Assembly (NCBI GenBank): GCA_963827655.1 | Contig: CAWHCF010000049.1 | Span: 288,001 to 352,000 of the forward strand | Origin: an uncultured Acidobacteriota bacterium | GTDB lineage: Bacteria; Acidobacteriota; UBA6911 | Direction of reading: 5' to 3' | DNA length: 64,000 bases | Part shown: in pieces, positions 1 through 12,118 of the stretch | How the letters are laid out: each line of letters begins with the position of its first letter | Position numbering within the stretch: the stretch's first letter is position 1 | Position numbers and translations under genes: made by a program | The notes under the pieces: generated by a model | Told to the model about the DNA's origin: nothing | The model's input: only the letters and a program-made list of their open reading frames with translations | The model's database searches: none

Positions 1-305
1 TTTTACCGGTGACTCGGATCAGGCGCGAGAATGTGCCGCCATGGGTTTCTTGATTTCATTTTCCGGAATAGTGACTTTCAAGAACGCAGACTTCTTTACG
101 GGAGGCGGCGCGAGGCCTGACACTCGACCAGATCCTGGTTGAAACCGACGCCCCCTTCCTGGCGCCGGTGCCGCATCGAGGAAGACGGAACGAGCCCGCC
201 TACGTGGTAGATGTCGCGAAGGGTCTGGCCCAGACCCTGGAGGTGACGTTGGATGAGATTGCCCGTCACACTATCGAACAATCTCCGCCGCCTTATTTCG
301 ATTGA
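1..305 (+). CDS. tatD: TatD family DNase, 3' part (5' end outside window; apparent indel near 95)
   Basis: Manual translation gives FTGD...[16 protein letters not shown], then in another frame [28 protein letters not shown], the TatD ETDAP motif. Confidence 0.85.
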
Positions 306-437
306 CGATTGACGATTGACGATTGACGATTGAGGCGGATGAATTCTCATACTCGGTTCGTCAACTAAGAACGACAACGGATCGGCAATCGGAGGGAATT
401 TCAATCGTCAATCGTCAATCGTCAATCGTAAATCGTC
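300..437. repeat. Heptamer inverted array (GATTGAC)4...(GTCAATC)5
   Basis: Tandem GATTGAC at 300-333 and the reverse-complement arm at 401-437, with a ~67 nt unique spacer. Confidence 0.9.
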
Positions 438-508
438 TTTTGACCTGTGGTAAGATGCCGTTTTTCGACGCGCTTGATAAATCAGTTCACCCTTAAGAAG
501 GGGGAGCA

Positions 509-1483
509 TTGACCCCGCAGGAAATCTTCAAGCTGGTGGAAAGCGGGCTGGCAAAAGTAGAGCAGGAACTCTCTCGCCAGACCAACTCCAATGTGCAGCT
601 GGTAAACCGAATCGGCCGTTACATTCATAACAGTGGCGGAAAACGGGTTCGTCCGGCGGTCCTGCTTCTAACATCACAAATGTGCGGGTACGAGGGGCCG
701 GTCGGGCATCGCCTGGGCGCTGTCGTGGAGTTGATTCACTCCGCCACTCTGGTTCATGACGACATTATCGATGATGCGAAGGTACGCCGGGGTCGAGCGT
801 CCGTGAATGCCGAATGGGGAAACGAGATCACCGTCTTGATGGGCGATTGGCTGTACATGACCTCTTTTAACCTGGCGCTGGGTGAGAGACAGTTCAAGAT
901 CCTCGACATCTTGACCGACGTCACTCGCAAGATGATCGAGGGAGAGTTGATTCAGCTCAGTCTCAACGGAAGTCTCGAGGTGACCGAGGAGCAGCACTTG
1001 GACATCTCGATGCGGAAGACCGCTTTTCTCTTCTCGGCCTGCTCTCAAATCGGGGGGATCCTGGGTTCGGTCAGTGAGGAGGACCAGGAGTCGTTGCGCC
1101 AGTACGGTCTGTGTATCGGAATGGCTTTTCAGATGGTGGACGACGTGCTGGACGTCACCTCCAACGAAACCACCCTCGGCAAGCCTGTGGTCAGCGATCT
1201 CAAAGAGGGGAAATTGACCCTTCCTCTGATATACCTCATGCAGGACGGAACCCCCAGCCACCGCGAACTGGTGAAAACTGTCCTTCGAGAGAACGGATTC
1301 GGAACCGTCAATAAGGAAGCAATCCTGGATCTGGTTCGCAAATACGGAACCGTCGAACGGGTCCTTGATAAGGCCCATGCCTACGCGCGTCAGGCGAAGG
1401 AGAGTCTCGCGCGATTTCCGACCTGTCAGGAACGGGAAGCCCTGCTCGCGGTTCCCGACTACATAGTCGAACGGGACCGCTAA
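509..1483 (+). CDS. ispB: Polyprenyl (octaprenyl-type) diphosphate synthase
   Basis: GGKRVRP, LVHDDIIDD...RRG and FQMVDDVLD aspartate-rich motifs; GGAG RBS before TTG. Confidence 0.9.
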   Translation: MTPQEIFKLVESGLAKVEQELSRQTNSNVQLVNRIGRYIHNSGGKRVRPAVLLLTSQMCGYEGPVGHRLGAVVELIHSATLVHDDIIDDAKVRRGRASVNAEWGNEITVLMGDWLYMTSFNLALGERQFKILDILTDVTRKMIEGELIQLSLNGSLEVTEEQHLDISMRKTAFLFSACSQIGGILGSVSEEDQESLRQYGLCIGMAFQMVDDVLDVTSNETTLGKPVVSDLKEGKLTLPLIYLMQDGTPSHRELVKTVLRENGFGTVNKEAILDLVRKYGTVERVLDKAHAYARQAKESLARFPTCQEREALLAVPDYIVERDR

Positions 1484-1486
1484 CCA

Positions 1487-1568
1487 GGATCTAGGATTCA
1501 GGCTCGATTCCGCATGCAGGGTCAGGATCTAGGATTCAGGCAGCTGCCACTGAATCCTGAATCCTGAT
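1487..1568. repeat. Heptamer inverted array, GATCTAG/GATTCAG variant, between convergent genes
   Basis: CAGGATCTAGGATTCAGG occurs twice, followed by TGAATCCTGAATCCTG. Confidence 0.7.
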
Positions 1569-1575
1569 TGGGGCT

Positions 1576-3852
1576 TCAATCCTGAGGGCGTTTGGGAGCG
1601 CCATCGCCTGGAAGGTCTTCAACGAAGAGCTTTTTTCGCCTGACCGGAGTGGTCTCGTGGCTTTCTGTGAGGGAGATCTGATCAGTGATTTCGGTGACCG
1701 GGAATTTCTCGACCGGCTTGTCCTTCAGGATCGCTTCCATGTAGTTAATCCAGATTGGAAGCGCCACCGTACTTCCAGCCTCTTTATTTCCGAGGGACTT
1801 CTTAGTATCAAAGCCTACCCAAATCGCCGTCGTAAACGTGGGGGTGAATCCGACAAACCAGGCGTCCGTGAAATCGTTGGTTGTTCCGGTTTTTCCACCC
1901 ACCGGTCTCTGGAGCGACCTGGCTGCCGTTGCGGTTCCGCCCCGCACGACGTCCTGAAGGAGTCCTAGCATCTGCTGCGCAATTTCAGGGTCAAGTACTT
2001 TCTGCAGGCGGGGGACGGTTTCTTCCTTCTTGACGTGATCGTAATCTTCGATCTTGCGGATGAAGTAAGGTTCTGGTTGCTTCCCCAGGTTCGGGAAAGT
2101 GGTGAACGCCGCTGCCATCTCAAGCGGAGTAGCCTCGCAAGCGCCGATCGACAGGGGAAGGTAGGCTTCCATGGGCCCGCTGAGTCCGAATCGTCGAGCC
2201 ATGATCAGAACATTCTTTATTCCAATCTGCGACCCGACCTTTATGGCCGGTACATTCCTCGATTCCATCATAGCTTGACGAAGCGTGATCTCGCCTTTGA
2301 ATCTCCCGTCATAGTTGGCCGGGCTCCAGACGCGGCCGAGCGCATCCGTGAAACTGATGGGGTCGTCGAGAATCATGCTGTCGGGTTGCATTCCCTTTTC
2401 GAGCGCTGCTGAGTAGAGAAAAGGCTTGAAAGTGGATCCCACCTGCCGCATTGCCTGGGTAACGCGATTGAATTCACTGGACTCGAAATCGTACCCGCCG
2501 ACCATGGTTTTTATTTCACCGGTCGCGTTGTGGATCGTAACCAGAGCGCCTTGCGCCTCCGGTGACTGCTCCAGTAGAACAGTGGCGGTATTCTGGGTCT
2601 CATCAAGAGTCGCGATTTTAAAATAGGCCAGATCTCCGGGTTTAAGAATAGCCGCAGCAGATTTCGCTTTGGTCCAGGCGATTTCCTTTGGACCGACAGC
2701 CGCGCGATACTTTCCGATCCGGACGGTAACGCTTGGACCGCCGGCATTCTCGACCAACCCCACCACGATGTCTCCCGGACGAATCAGATTTCGCCAATCG
2801 GCGTGAGTGTAAGTTTGGAGAGAGGCGGAGGGTAGCTTCAGGATGTTGCTGATTGGACCGCGCCAGCCGTGCTTCTTGTCGTACTCGCGCAGCCCTTCGC
2901 GGATTGCTTTGTTTGCAGCTTCCTGCATTTCGATATTGAGAGTGGTATACACCCGAAGTCCCTTGCGCCAGATCACCTCTGTGGAGTACCGGTCCGCCAG
3001 CGACTGGCGGACCCATTCCACAAAATGAGGGGCTACACCGGCGTCTCGGGTTCGCGGCTTGAGGGTGAGCGGCCGGGTCTTGGCCTCGGCGGCGACCTTC
3101 GGCGAGATCATCCGCTCAGTCACCATGCGGTCCAGAATATAGTTCCGTCGCGCTTTCGCCGCCTGAGGATGCAGCCGCGGCGAATAGAGACCCGGATTGC
3201 GTGGGAGTCCGGCCAGCAACGCGCATTCATCCAGGGTTAGATCCTTTAACGGCTTCCCGAAGTAAGCGTCAGCCGCTGCCGCAACTCCGTAGGCGCCATG
3301 ACCCATGTAGTGCTGGTTGCAGTAGAGAGTGAGGATCTGACGTTTCGAGTACCGGCTCTCAATTTCCCAGGCCAGTAGAACTTCCTTGATTTTCCGGTCC
3401 CAGAGCTTTTCGGGTGTCAGAAGGAGCAGTCGTGCCAGTTGCTGGGTAATCGTGCTGGCGCCCTCGGCCCTGCGCATACTGATCAGATCCTTGTAAGCTG
3501 CGCGCACGATGGCGAAATAATTGATGCCGGAATGATGGAAGAACTGAGCGTCCTCGGCCGCCAGTATGGCATTTTGCAGGTTGGCGGGAATTTCTTCATG
3601 AGTGACGACGATGCGCCGCTCAACCGCAAACTCCCCGATTACCTTACTGTCATCGGAATAGATATCCGTGATGACATCAGGGCGATAATCTTCCAGAGCC
3701 TGGATTTCTGGTAAGTTGAACTTGTAACCGAGCAGGATCCCGAGGAAAGTGCCGCCCGCGACAAAGAATAGAACGAGAATGGCATAGATAGCGATCAGCC
3801 ATCGAGGCAACTTGAGCGAATTTAACGGGGAAGGCGTCGGCGCAGGGTCCAT
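1576..3852 (-). CDS. mrcA: Penicillin-binding protein 1A (class A PBP)
   Basis: N-terminal TM helix; transglycosylase EDAQFFHHSG and GASTITQQ; transpeptidase STFK, SRN, KTG. Confidence 0.92.
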   Translation of the reverse strand: MDPAPTPSPLNSLKLPRWLIAIYAILVLFFVAGGTFLGILLGYKFNLPEIQALEDYRPDVITDIYSDDSKVIGEFAVERRIVVTHEEIPANLQNAILAAEDAQFFHHSGINYFAIVRAAYKDLISMRRAEGASTITQQLARLLLLTPEKLWDRKIKEVLLAWEIESRYSKRQILTLYCNQHYMGHGAYGVAAAADAYFGKPLKDLTLDECALLAGLPRNPGLYSPRLHPQAAKARRNYILDRMVTERMISPKVAAEAKTRPLTLKPRTRDAGVAPHFVEWVRQSLADRYSTEVIWRKGLRVYTTLNIEMQEAANKAIREGLREYDKKHGWRGPISNILKLPSASLQTYTHADWRNLIRPGDIVVGLVENAGGPSVTVRIGKYRAAVGPKEIAWTKAKSAAAILKPGDLAYFKIATLDETQNTATVLLEQSPEAQGALVTIHNATGEIKTMVGGYDFESSEFNRVTQAMRQVGSTFKPFLYSAALEKGMQPDSMILDDPISFTDALGRVWSPANYDGRFKGEITLRQAMMESRNVPAIKVGSQIGIKNVLIMARRFGLSGPMEAYLPLSIGACEATPLEMAAAFTTFPNLGKQPEPYFIRKIEDYDHVKKEETVPRLQKVLDPEIAQQMLGLLQDVVRGGTATAARSLQRPVGGKTGTTNDFTDAWFVGFTPTFTTAIWVGFDTKKSLGNKEAGSTVALPIWINYMEAILKDKPVEKFPVTEITDQISLTESHETTPVRRKKLFVEDLPGDGAPKRPQD

Positions 3853-3954
3853 AACAGGATGGCATTATATCATTTTTGCAATTCTGTCATTGCCCTGGTT
3901 GATGCTGCCGGACAGTCAATCACCGAGGACGCCCAGCGCGAAAAAAAGAGCGCG

Positions 3955-4335
3955 CTAGAAAGGGTCCTCGCCGTCGCCGGTTGCTTCATCGCGATTTGGA
4001 TGTCCGCCGGTTTTCGTGTCGAGAAACGTGACTCGAGACGCAATCACCTCGGTGGTGTAGTGCTTTTCCCCCGGGGGCTTCTCCCACGAACGGCTCTGTA
4101 GCGATCCCTCCACGCACACCAGCCTCCCTTTTTTCAAGAACTGGTTACATTGCTCTGCCGTCTTCCCATAAGCTACTATTTGATGCCACTCGGTAGTCTT
4201 TTGAGTAGTCCCGGTTGCGTCGTTCCGGAACTGATTGGTGGCCAGACTGAAGTTCGATACTCTCGTGCCTCCGCCCGTCATGCGGTCATTGGGATCCTTA
4301 CCGAGACGCCCAATCAAGATCACCTTGTTCATCAC
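3955..4335 (-). CDS. ssb: Single-stranded DNA-binding protein
   Basis: NKVILIGRLGKDP, TEWH and acidic C-terminal EDPF. Confidence 0.92.
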   Translation of the reverse strand: MMNKVILIGRLGKDPNDRMTGGGTRVSNFSLATNQFRNDATGTTQKTTEWHQIVAYGKTAEQCNQFLKKGRLVCVEGSLQSRSWEKPPGEKHYTTEVIASRVTFLDTKTGGHPNRDEATGDGEDPF

Positions 4336-4450
4336 TGATTCCTTCCTTGATAATTGTCAGCGTTTTCGATGCGTCTGTGCGTCCGGGGCCGGCTTCTGCC
4401 CGCGCTCACCAGAGAGGTGGCAAGCAAAGACCGTGCTTTCCGCACCTCTT

Positions 4451-4497
4451 GCTGCTTCTAACTAACCGTCCTATTTGGAATTGAGCGAAGAAATCTG
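4451..4497 (+). repeat. Direct repeat copy 1 (~47 bp)
   Basis: GCTGCTTCTAACTAACCG-TCCTATTTGGAATTGAGCGAAGAAATCTG matches 7125-7172 with 1 indel and 1 mismatch. Confidence 0.9.
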
Positions 4498-4879
4498 GGA
4501 CCTGCTCGAGGTTTGCGGCCCGAAGAGAGGAGTCCGGAGAAGCCTGAGGATGAGAGCGAACCGTTGAAGGCGAGGGGATGTCACCGGCCAGGCGCCGGAG
4601 GGAGGCGGATTGGCCGATAGAAGCCATCAGCCGGAGAATCGCCCGCTATCGGTCCAGTGGGCTGCCGGCGGCTTCTCAGTGGTGGCCTTCGCTTCATGGC
4701 CCGTCTCCTCGAACCCGGCGGGTTCACTCAGCCAGGGAAGCGCCGATGGTCAGCCTTGCATACTTATGCTACTTTTTTCCCGGCGCAGCCGGGCGGCAGC
4801 ACACCGAGTTTAGCGACCAGCACCCAATGAACGCCTTGCCGGCAAAACAGGCGTGCCGCCGTCGGAGCTTCTGACCCGT

Positions 4880-5626
4880 CTATTCAACCGCCCGCTGTCC
4901 ATTTTGTGAGGCTTCCCGGAACCAGCCATCATACAGATCGGCGAGGTCGTGAATGGCTCGAACCGCATCGCCATTAAAAGATGATCCGTGCATCAGGGCA
5001 AGTGCCTTCGGAGAAAGATCGGCGAGCTTTCGGATGGTCGCTCCGGTGGTTGGCGTGAGGCAGCTCCCGCGAAAGAGTTCCTCGGTTTTCTGGGCCGGTT
5101 CAACGATGTCCTGGGTGGTGACCGCGGCTCCATCCCCGGTATGAGTGAAGAGATCCCCGCAAAGCAGCGTACGGGTGGTCTCCTCAAATAAGACGCGCGC
5201 TTCCCAGGCGTGAGGCACATGTGGAGTATCGATGTGACGGACTCGCTTCCCGCCGAGATCGATGATTTCGCCGTCCTGGAGCGCCCGAGGCGGCCGGTTC
5301 GCCAGGTCGTTGAGGGAAACCATGACACCGATCGCGCCATGCGCAACCTCGGCTCTTGGGGCGGCATCGAGCCATTGGTTCATCGAGCCGCATTCGTCGG
5401 CTTCCACGTGGCCGAAGGTGATCCACCGCAGTCTTTCAATCGGAACGACTCTCGAAACGGCCTCCGAAACGAGGGGGAACATCGCTCGAAGACCGGTGTG
5501 GAAAAGCAGCGGTTCTTCGGCCTTGATCAGGAACTGATTGAACGTGAATCCATCCGGCGTGATGCCAGAAACGCAGGTGGAAATGCGGAAAATACCGTCA
5601 GCGATTTCGTCGGTTCTTGTTTTCAT
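4880..5626 (-). CDS. MBL-fold di-iron protein (FprA N-domain/ODP-like)
   Basis: HVEADECGS, PHVPHAWE and CGDLF motifs; AAGGAG RBS before ATG at 5626. Confidence 0.8.
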   Translation of the reverse strand: MKTRTDEIADGIFRISTCVSGITPDGFTFNQFLIKAEEPLLFHTGLRAMFPLVSEAVSRVVPIERLRWITFGHVEADECGSMNQWLDAAPRAEVAHGAIGVMVSLNDLANRPPRALQDGEIIDLGGKRVRHIDTPHVPHAWEARVLFEETTRTLLCGDLFTHTGDGAAVTTQDIVEPAQKTEELFRGSCLTPTTGATIRKLADLSPKALALMHGSSFNGDAVRAIHDLADLYDGWFREASQNGQRAVE

Positions 5627-5690
5627 GAGTTCTCCTTGGTTGTTGGTGGACCGCCGAACATGGATGTCGTGCCTTTTAACAAGCAAGGGT

Positions 5691-5717
5691 GTGTAACGAG
5701 CAGCCCGCACGTTACAC
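5691..5717. promoter_or_regulatory. Palindromic site GTGTAACG-N11-CGTTACAC between the divergent MBL and ECF genes
   Basis: Perfect 8-bp inverted repeat; TGTAAC resembles ECF -35 elements, one on each strand. Confidence 0.45.
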
Positions 5718-5732
5718 ATAAAATGTGTGTTC

Positions 5733-6275
5733 ATGGAAACTGAGCTGAACGATGCCGACTTGGTCCGCCAGATCGGCTCCGGCGATCCCAACGCCGAGGG
5801 CGAACTGGTCCGCCGGATGGCTCCACGCATTCGCCTCTATGGTTTGCGTCACTTGAGAGACCGAGCTGCATCGGAGGATCTGATGCAACAGGTTCTTATT
5901 ACGACACTCGAGGCTCTGCGGGCCGGCCGTCTGCGAGAACCGGAGAAGCTCGCATCCTTCGTGCTGGGAACGTGCCGGATGACGGTGCTCGATCTGCGCC
6001 GAGGGGTTCAAAGAAGGGAACGCCTTCTTGAACGGTTTGGAGCGGATTTGGTGAGACCAGACGAGTTGTCCGTTCCGAGCCTCGACCATGACCGGCTCCG
6101 GCTATGTGTGCAGAGTTTGAAAGAGCGGGAACGCACGGTAGTCGTGATGACTTTCTACCACGAGCAGACGGGATCTGACGTCGCGAGCCTCCTGGGGATT
6201 TCTGAAGCCAATGTGCGCGTGATTCGCCACCGTGCGATCCACCAGTTACGCCAGTGTATGGGAGGTGCGGCATGA
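5733..6275 (+). CDS. ECF sigma-70 factor
   Basis: Region 2 (ASEDLMQQV) and region 4 (ERERTVV...LGISEANVRVIRHRA). Confidence 0.88.
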   Translation: METELNDADLVRQIGSGDPNAEGELVRRMAPRIRLYGLRHLRDRAASEDLMQQVLITTLEALRAGRLREPEKLASFVLGTCRMTVLDLRRGVQRRERLLERFGADLVRPDELSVPSLDHDRLRLCVQSLKERERTVVVMTFYHEQTGSDVASLLGISEANVRVIRHRAIHQLRQCMGGAA

Positions 6276-6880
6276 GCATTGGAAAAGGGGTCGACCGAAG
6301 GAACTGTTCCAATCCTATTGATGCGGCAGTCCTGGCCGATTACTGGCTCGCTGCCCTGACAGGTTACGACGAAGTGACCGTCGAAGAGCATCTGTTCAAC
6401 TGCGACGGGTGCGGTGGGCGGTTGAGGGAGGTTATCGCGCTTGCCGAAGGTATCCGCGACCTGGCGCGCGAGGGCTCGCTGCGAATGGTGGTGAGCGACG
6501 CCTTCTTGAAGCGTGCTTCAGCGGAAGGTTTGCGTGTCCGTCAGTACGCTCCTCCCTCTGGAGGTAGCGTCGAATGCACCGTGACCGCTGAAGACGACAT
6601 TCTTATTGGACGGCTTGCCGCCGATCTGAGTGGGGCCGCACGGGTCGATCTCTGCATGTGTGACGAGTCCGGCGCCGAACAGTTCCGGCTGGCGGACATT
6701 CCCGTGCATGCCGGGGCAAGCAGCGTTGCCTATCAGGAGTCGATCACATTCGCGAAGGCCGCGCCTTCAAACAGAATGATCGCGCGCCTGGTCGCTTTCG
6801 ATGAAGCGGGCGGCGAGCGTCTGCTCGGCGAGTATACGTTCAACCACAAGCGGTCATTGCCCGGTCCCGGTGAGAGATAA
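6272..6880 (+). CDS. Soluble zinc-finger (HxxxCxxC) anti-sigma factor
   Basis: EEHLFNCDGC ZAS motif; ATGA overlap with the sigma gene; no TM helix. Confidence 0.75.
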   Translation: MSIGKGVDRRNCSNPIDAAVLADYWLAALTGYDEVTVEEHLFNCDGCGGRLREVIALAEGIRDLAREGSLRMVVSDAFLKRASAEGLRVRQYAPPSGGSVECTVTAEDDILIGRLAADLSGAARVDLCMCDESGAEQFRLADIPVHAGASSVAYQESITFAKAAPSNRMIARLVAFDEAGGERLLGEYTFNHKRSLPGPGER

Positions 6881-7124
6881 GGGTTTCCGTCCAACATGAG
6901 GATCCCACCCTCGCAGGTCGACGGCGCGCGCGTGGCGGACCAGCGTCAGATTCGAGACGCCGGCACAGCGATCAAAAGAAACCGAGCCACTCTCGATCGA
7001 GACGCAATCTGAAGCGCCGGCCGGCGTGGTGGTTGAGTGGCTTCCTTTACGTCCGGTGCCTGGCTTCCCTTCGGGTGGCGACGTCAGGGGTCCGGAGCCG
7101 GAAGCGGGCGTCTCACCACCCCTC

Positions 7125-7172
7125 GCTGCTTCTAACTAACCGATCCTATTTGGAATTGAGCGAAAAAATCTG
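7125..7172 (+). repeat. Direct repeat copy 2
   Basis: Matches 4451-4497. Confidence 0.9.
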
Positions 7173-7195
7173 TCACCGCCCGAGGGTCTATTCCC

Positions 7196-7224
7196 TTGAC
7201 ACCCTTTGGCCGCTTTGCTATAGT
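7196..7224 (+). promoter_or_regulatory. Sigma-70 promoter of the str operon
   Basis: TTGACA-N17-TATAGT with TG extended -10, upstream of rpsL. Confidence 0.8.
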
Positions 7225-7315
7225 CGTCCGGTTTTTCGCTGGAGTGCCAGGAAGGCTGATGGGCCGTAAGGTCATGGCCTTCTTTCTGGGTTGGTAGGCA
7301 AGGAGAAGGAAAGGT

Positions 7316-7690
7316 TTGCCGACTTTCAATCAGCTAGTTCGATCTGGTCGAAGGAAGATTCGCTACAAGACGAAGAGTCCGGCTTTACAGGGAAGTCCGC
7401 AGCGCAGGGGGGTATGCACGCGGGTGTACACACAAACACCCAAGAAACCAAACTCCGCTTTACGTAAAGTTGCCCGTGTCCGGCTAACGAATGGAATTGA
7501 GGTCACGACTTATATTCCCGGTATCGGGCACAACCTGCAGGAACATTCCATCGTGCTGATCCGCGGTGGACGTGTCAAGGATCTCCCTGGGGTTCGTTAC
7601 CACGTGGTGCGGGGCACCCTGGACTCGGTTGGAGTTCAGGAGCGCAAGAATTCCCGCTCCAAGTACGGTGCCAAGCGACCCAAAAGCTAA
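7316..7690 (+). CDS. rpsL: 30S ribosomal protein S12
   Basis: [21 protein letters not shown]. Confidence 0.98.
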   Translation: MPTFNQLVRSGRRKIRYKTKSPALQGSPQRRGVCTRVYTQTPKKPNSALRKVARVRLTNGIEVTTYIPGIGHNLQEHSIVLIRGGRVKDLPGVRYHVVRGTLDSVGVQERKNSRSKYGAKRPKS

Positions 7691-8107
7691 TCACTCCTTC
7701 AATACAGCTATCGCGAGTGAGGGGTTCGGTACCCTGCGAGACTCTTCAGACGGTAACCGCCACTGCCGATGAGGCTCGTTGCCGGCAGAGGAGACCCCTT
7801 GATACCCAGTCCGGAATCCGGTGACAGGCACCGCTTTCCTGATTGCATCACCCGGGTTGGCTAAAAAGCATAGAACGGTGCCTGTCAATCGAGCCGCTTT
7901 CGGCTTCCAGCGGAACCACGAGAATTCGGAAGCGGACAGCAGAAAGCTGGCGTGTGACGCTCCCAGTCGCTTCAAAAGAGACTGACGAGCAAGCCCTTAG
8001 GCGCTTAGTGAAACGTTCAAACCAGCATGTTCTCGTTCACTAGGGGCCTTCGTTCGGGGCGAAGTCCCCGAACGAACCTTACCTAATCGCTGGAGATTTC
8101 TGTAACC
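7691..8107 (+). ncRNA. Candidate structured RNA in the rpsL-rpsG spacer
   Basis: 417-nt spacer with many stems (7822-7833/7876-7887, 8049-8059/8066-8076, 7763-7768/7783-7788) and no credible ORF. Confidence 0.45.
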
Positions 8108-8579
<472 letters not shown>

Positions 8580-8644
8580 CCGGAAGCGTTTCTTGTCTTG
8601 AACCGCAAGGACGCAACCGAAACGCAAGGAATGGAGTGGTTGAA

Positions 8645-10738
8645 GTGGGACGTTTAGTACCTCTGGAAAGAACCCGCAACATAGGGATCATGGCGCACAT
8701 CGACGCGGGGAAGACGACCGCCACCGAGAGAATCCTGTATTACACAGGCATAACCCACAAACTGGGCGAGGTGCATGAGGGGACCGCGGTCATGGATTGG
8801 ATGGAGCAGGAGCAGGAGCGCGGAATCACCATCACGTCTGCTGCGACCACCTGCTTTTGGGGGGATCACCGGATCAACATCATCGATACCCCGGGGCACG
8901 TCGACTTCACCGCCGAGGTGGAGCGTAGCCTGCGCGTTCTGGATGGATCCGTGGCTCTTTTTGGCGCCGTCGAAGGTGTTGAGCCTCAATCCGAAACGGT
9001 ATGGCGCCAGGCCGACAAATACCGCGTCCCGCGGATCGGTTTCGTGAACAAGATGGATCGGCCGGGGGCCGATTTCCAACGGGTCATGGACATGATGCGA
9101 AGCAAGCTTCATGCGACCCCGGTGGCGGTTCAGCTCCCCCTGGGCACGGAAGATCAATTCCGTGGCATCATCGACCTCGTCCGTGGAAAGGCCATCGTCT
9201 TTCGAGATTACTCCCTGGGCGCCGAGTTTGAAGTCGAAGAAATCCCTGAGGGATACCGGGAGACAGCGGCCAGGTATCGAGATCAGATGCTGGAGGTCAT
9301 AGCGGACGTAGACGATCACATGATGGAGAAATACATCGCGGGCGCCGAAATCTCCCCGTCAGAAATCCAAGCGGCGCTGCGCAAAGGAACGGTAGCCCTC
9401 AAGTTTGTGCCAGTTCTTTGCGGAGCGGCCTTCAAGAACAAAGGGATTCAGCAGCTGCTCGACGCGATCGTGGCATACCTTCCTTCGCCGCTCGACATAC
9501 CTCCGGTGACGGGTGTGAAGCAAAACGGAAAGGAACCTCCGGTGCGAAAGGTCTCCGACGATGAGCCTTTCTCCGGGCTGGTCTTCAAGATCATGACCGA
9601 TCCCTTCGTGGGCCAGCTGGCTTTTTTCCGGGTCTACTCCGGGCAGCTAAAGTCGGGTTCGTCGGTCTACAATTCCACCAGGGATTCGATGGAACGTATC
9701 GGCCGGCTGCTCAAGATGCATGCCAACAAACGTGAGGAGATCAAGGAAGTCTATTGCGGCGACATCGCTGCCGCAGTCGGACTCAAGAACGTCAGCACGG
9801 GCGACACTATTTGCGACAAGCAGCGCCCCATTGTCCTCGAAGCGATCGAATTTCCCGCCCCGGTCATTTCCGTAGCCATCGAGCCCAAAACCAAAGCCGA
9901 TCAAGAAAAGCTCGGCCTTGCCCTCGATAAATTGATTCGAGAAGATCCGACTTTCAAGGTGCACACGGATCAGGATACGGGCCAAACCATCATATCGGGC
10001 ATGGGTGAACTCCACCTGGAGATTCTGGTCGACCGCATGGTGCGCGAATTCGGCGTCGCTGCCAACGTTGGGAAACCCCAGGTGGCCTACCGCGAAACCA
10101 TCCGCCAGAGAGCCGAGGCCGAGGGGAAATTCATCCGCCAAACCGGCGGCCGCGGTCAATACGGTCACGTGAAAATCGTTCTCGAGCCGCTTGAGCCCGG
10201 GAAGGGATTTGAGTTTGAGAATGAGATCGTTGGCGGAGCCATTCCCAGGGAGTACATCGCGCCGGTCGAGCATGGCATCGAGGAAGCCCTCGAATCCGGG
10301 ATTCTCGCCGGATACGAGATGGTTGACGTCAAGGTCACGCTGGTGGATGGTTCGTATCACGAAGTAGACTCTTCGGAAATCGCGTTCAAGATTGCCGGAT
10401 CAATGGCTCTTAAAGATGCGGCCAAGCGCGCGCGCCCGGTGCTTCTCGAGCCCATGATGAGGGTGGAAGTAGTGGTGCCTGAAGAGTACACCGGTGACGT
10501 TATCGGTGATTTGAACTCGCGCAGAGGGCGGGTAGAGTCAATGGAAGGACGGCTGGGGTCCAGCATCATCCAATGCAAGGTTCCGCTTTCCGAAATGTTC
10601 GGCTATTCCACGGGTTTGAGATCGATGACTCAAGGGCGGGCCACCTACTCCATGCACTTTTCCCATTATGATGAAGCGCCTAAGACGATCAGTGAAGAAG
10701 TGATAGCGAAAGTGCGCGGCAAACTTGTCAGCAGCTAG
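8645..10738 (+). CDS. fusA: Elongation factor G
   Basis: [23 protein letters not shown]. Confidence 0.98.
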   Translation: MGRLVPLERTRNIGIMAHIDAGKTTATERILYYTGITHKLGEVHEGTAVMDWMEQEQERGITITSAATTCFWGDHRINIIDTPGHVDFTAEVERSLRVLDGSVALFGAVEGVEPQSETVWRQADKYRVPRIGFVNKMDRPGADFQRVMDMMRSKLHATPVAVQLPLGTEDQFRGIIDLVRGKAIVFRDYSLGAEFEVEEIPEGYRETAARYRDQMLEVIADVDDHMMEKYIAGAEISPSEIQAALRKGTVALKFVPVLCGAAFKNKGIQQLLDAIVAYLPSPLDIPPVTGVKQNGKEPPVRKVSDDEPFSGLVFKIMTDPFVGQLAFFRVYSGQLKSGSSVYNSTRDSMERIGRLLKMHANKREEIKEVYCGDIAAAVGLKNVSTGDTICDKQRPIVLEAIEFPAPVISVAIEPKTKADQEKLGLALDKLIREDPTFKVHTDQDTGQTIISGMGELHLEILVDRMVREFGVAANVGKPQVAYRETIRQRAEAEGKFIRQTGGRGQYGHVKIVLEPLEPGKGFEFENEIVGGAIPREYIAPVEHGIEEALESGILAGYEMVDVKVTLVDGSYHEVDSSEIAFKIAGSMALKDAAKRARPVLLEPMMRVEVVVPEEYTGDVIGDLNSRRGRVESMEGRLGSSIIQCKVPLSEMFGYSTGLRSMTQGRATYSMHFSHYDEAPKTISEEVIAKVRGKLVSS

Positions 10739-10882
10739 CCCGTTATGCGAAGCGTCAGGAAGTGGGAGTCTCTGAGTGACTGCTGACAAACCGACCAGGT
10801 GGGTGTTTCGAGGTCTTGACACTTCAGGTTTTGGAAGCGACATCAAACGGCAACCCTTGCCGGTTTAGTCTGGGAGGCATCA

Positions 10883-12070
<1,188 letters not shown>

Positions 12071-12118
12071 TTGTCGACGTTGATTCCCGACCGGGAAACG
12101 GAACGGGCCAGGACAACT

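Noticed and set aside
96-404. ORFs containing SSIVNRQ or IRNPKSAIRN peptides (also N-extensions of adk and the lipid kinase)
   Set aside because: Translations of the heptamer repeats, not real protein sequence.
4418-4440. Sigma-54 promoter upstream of ssb (AAGCAC-N5-TTGCT)
   Set aside because: Lacks the invariant GG at -24.
4500-7120. Integron cassettes with attC sites
   Set aside because: No clear RYYYAAC/GTTRRRY paired boxes, the genes are divergent, and no integrase is present.
10816-10845. Internal promoter between fusA and tuf (TTGACA)
   Set aside because: No convincing -10 hexamer at 16-18 nt spacing.
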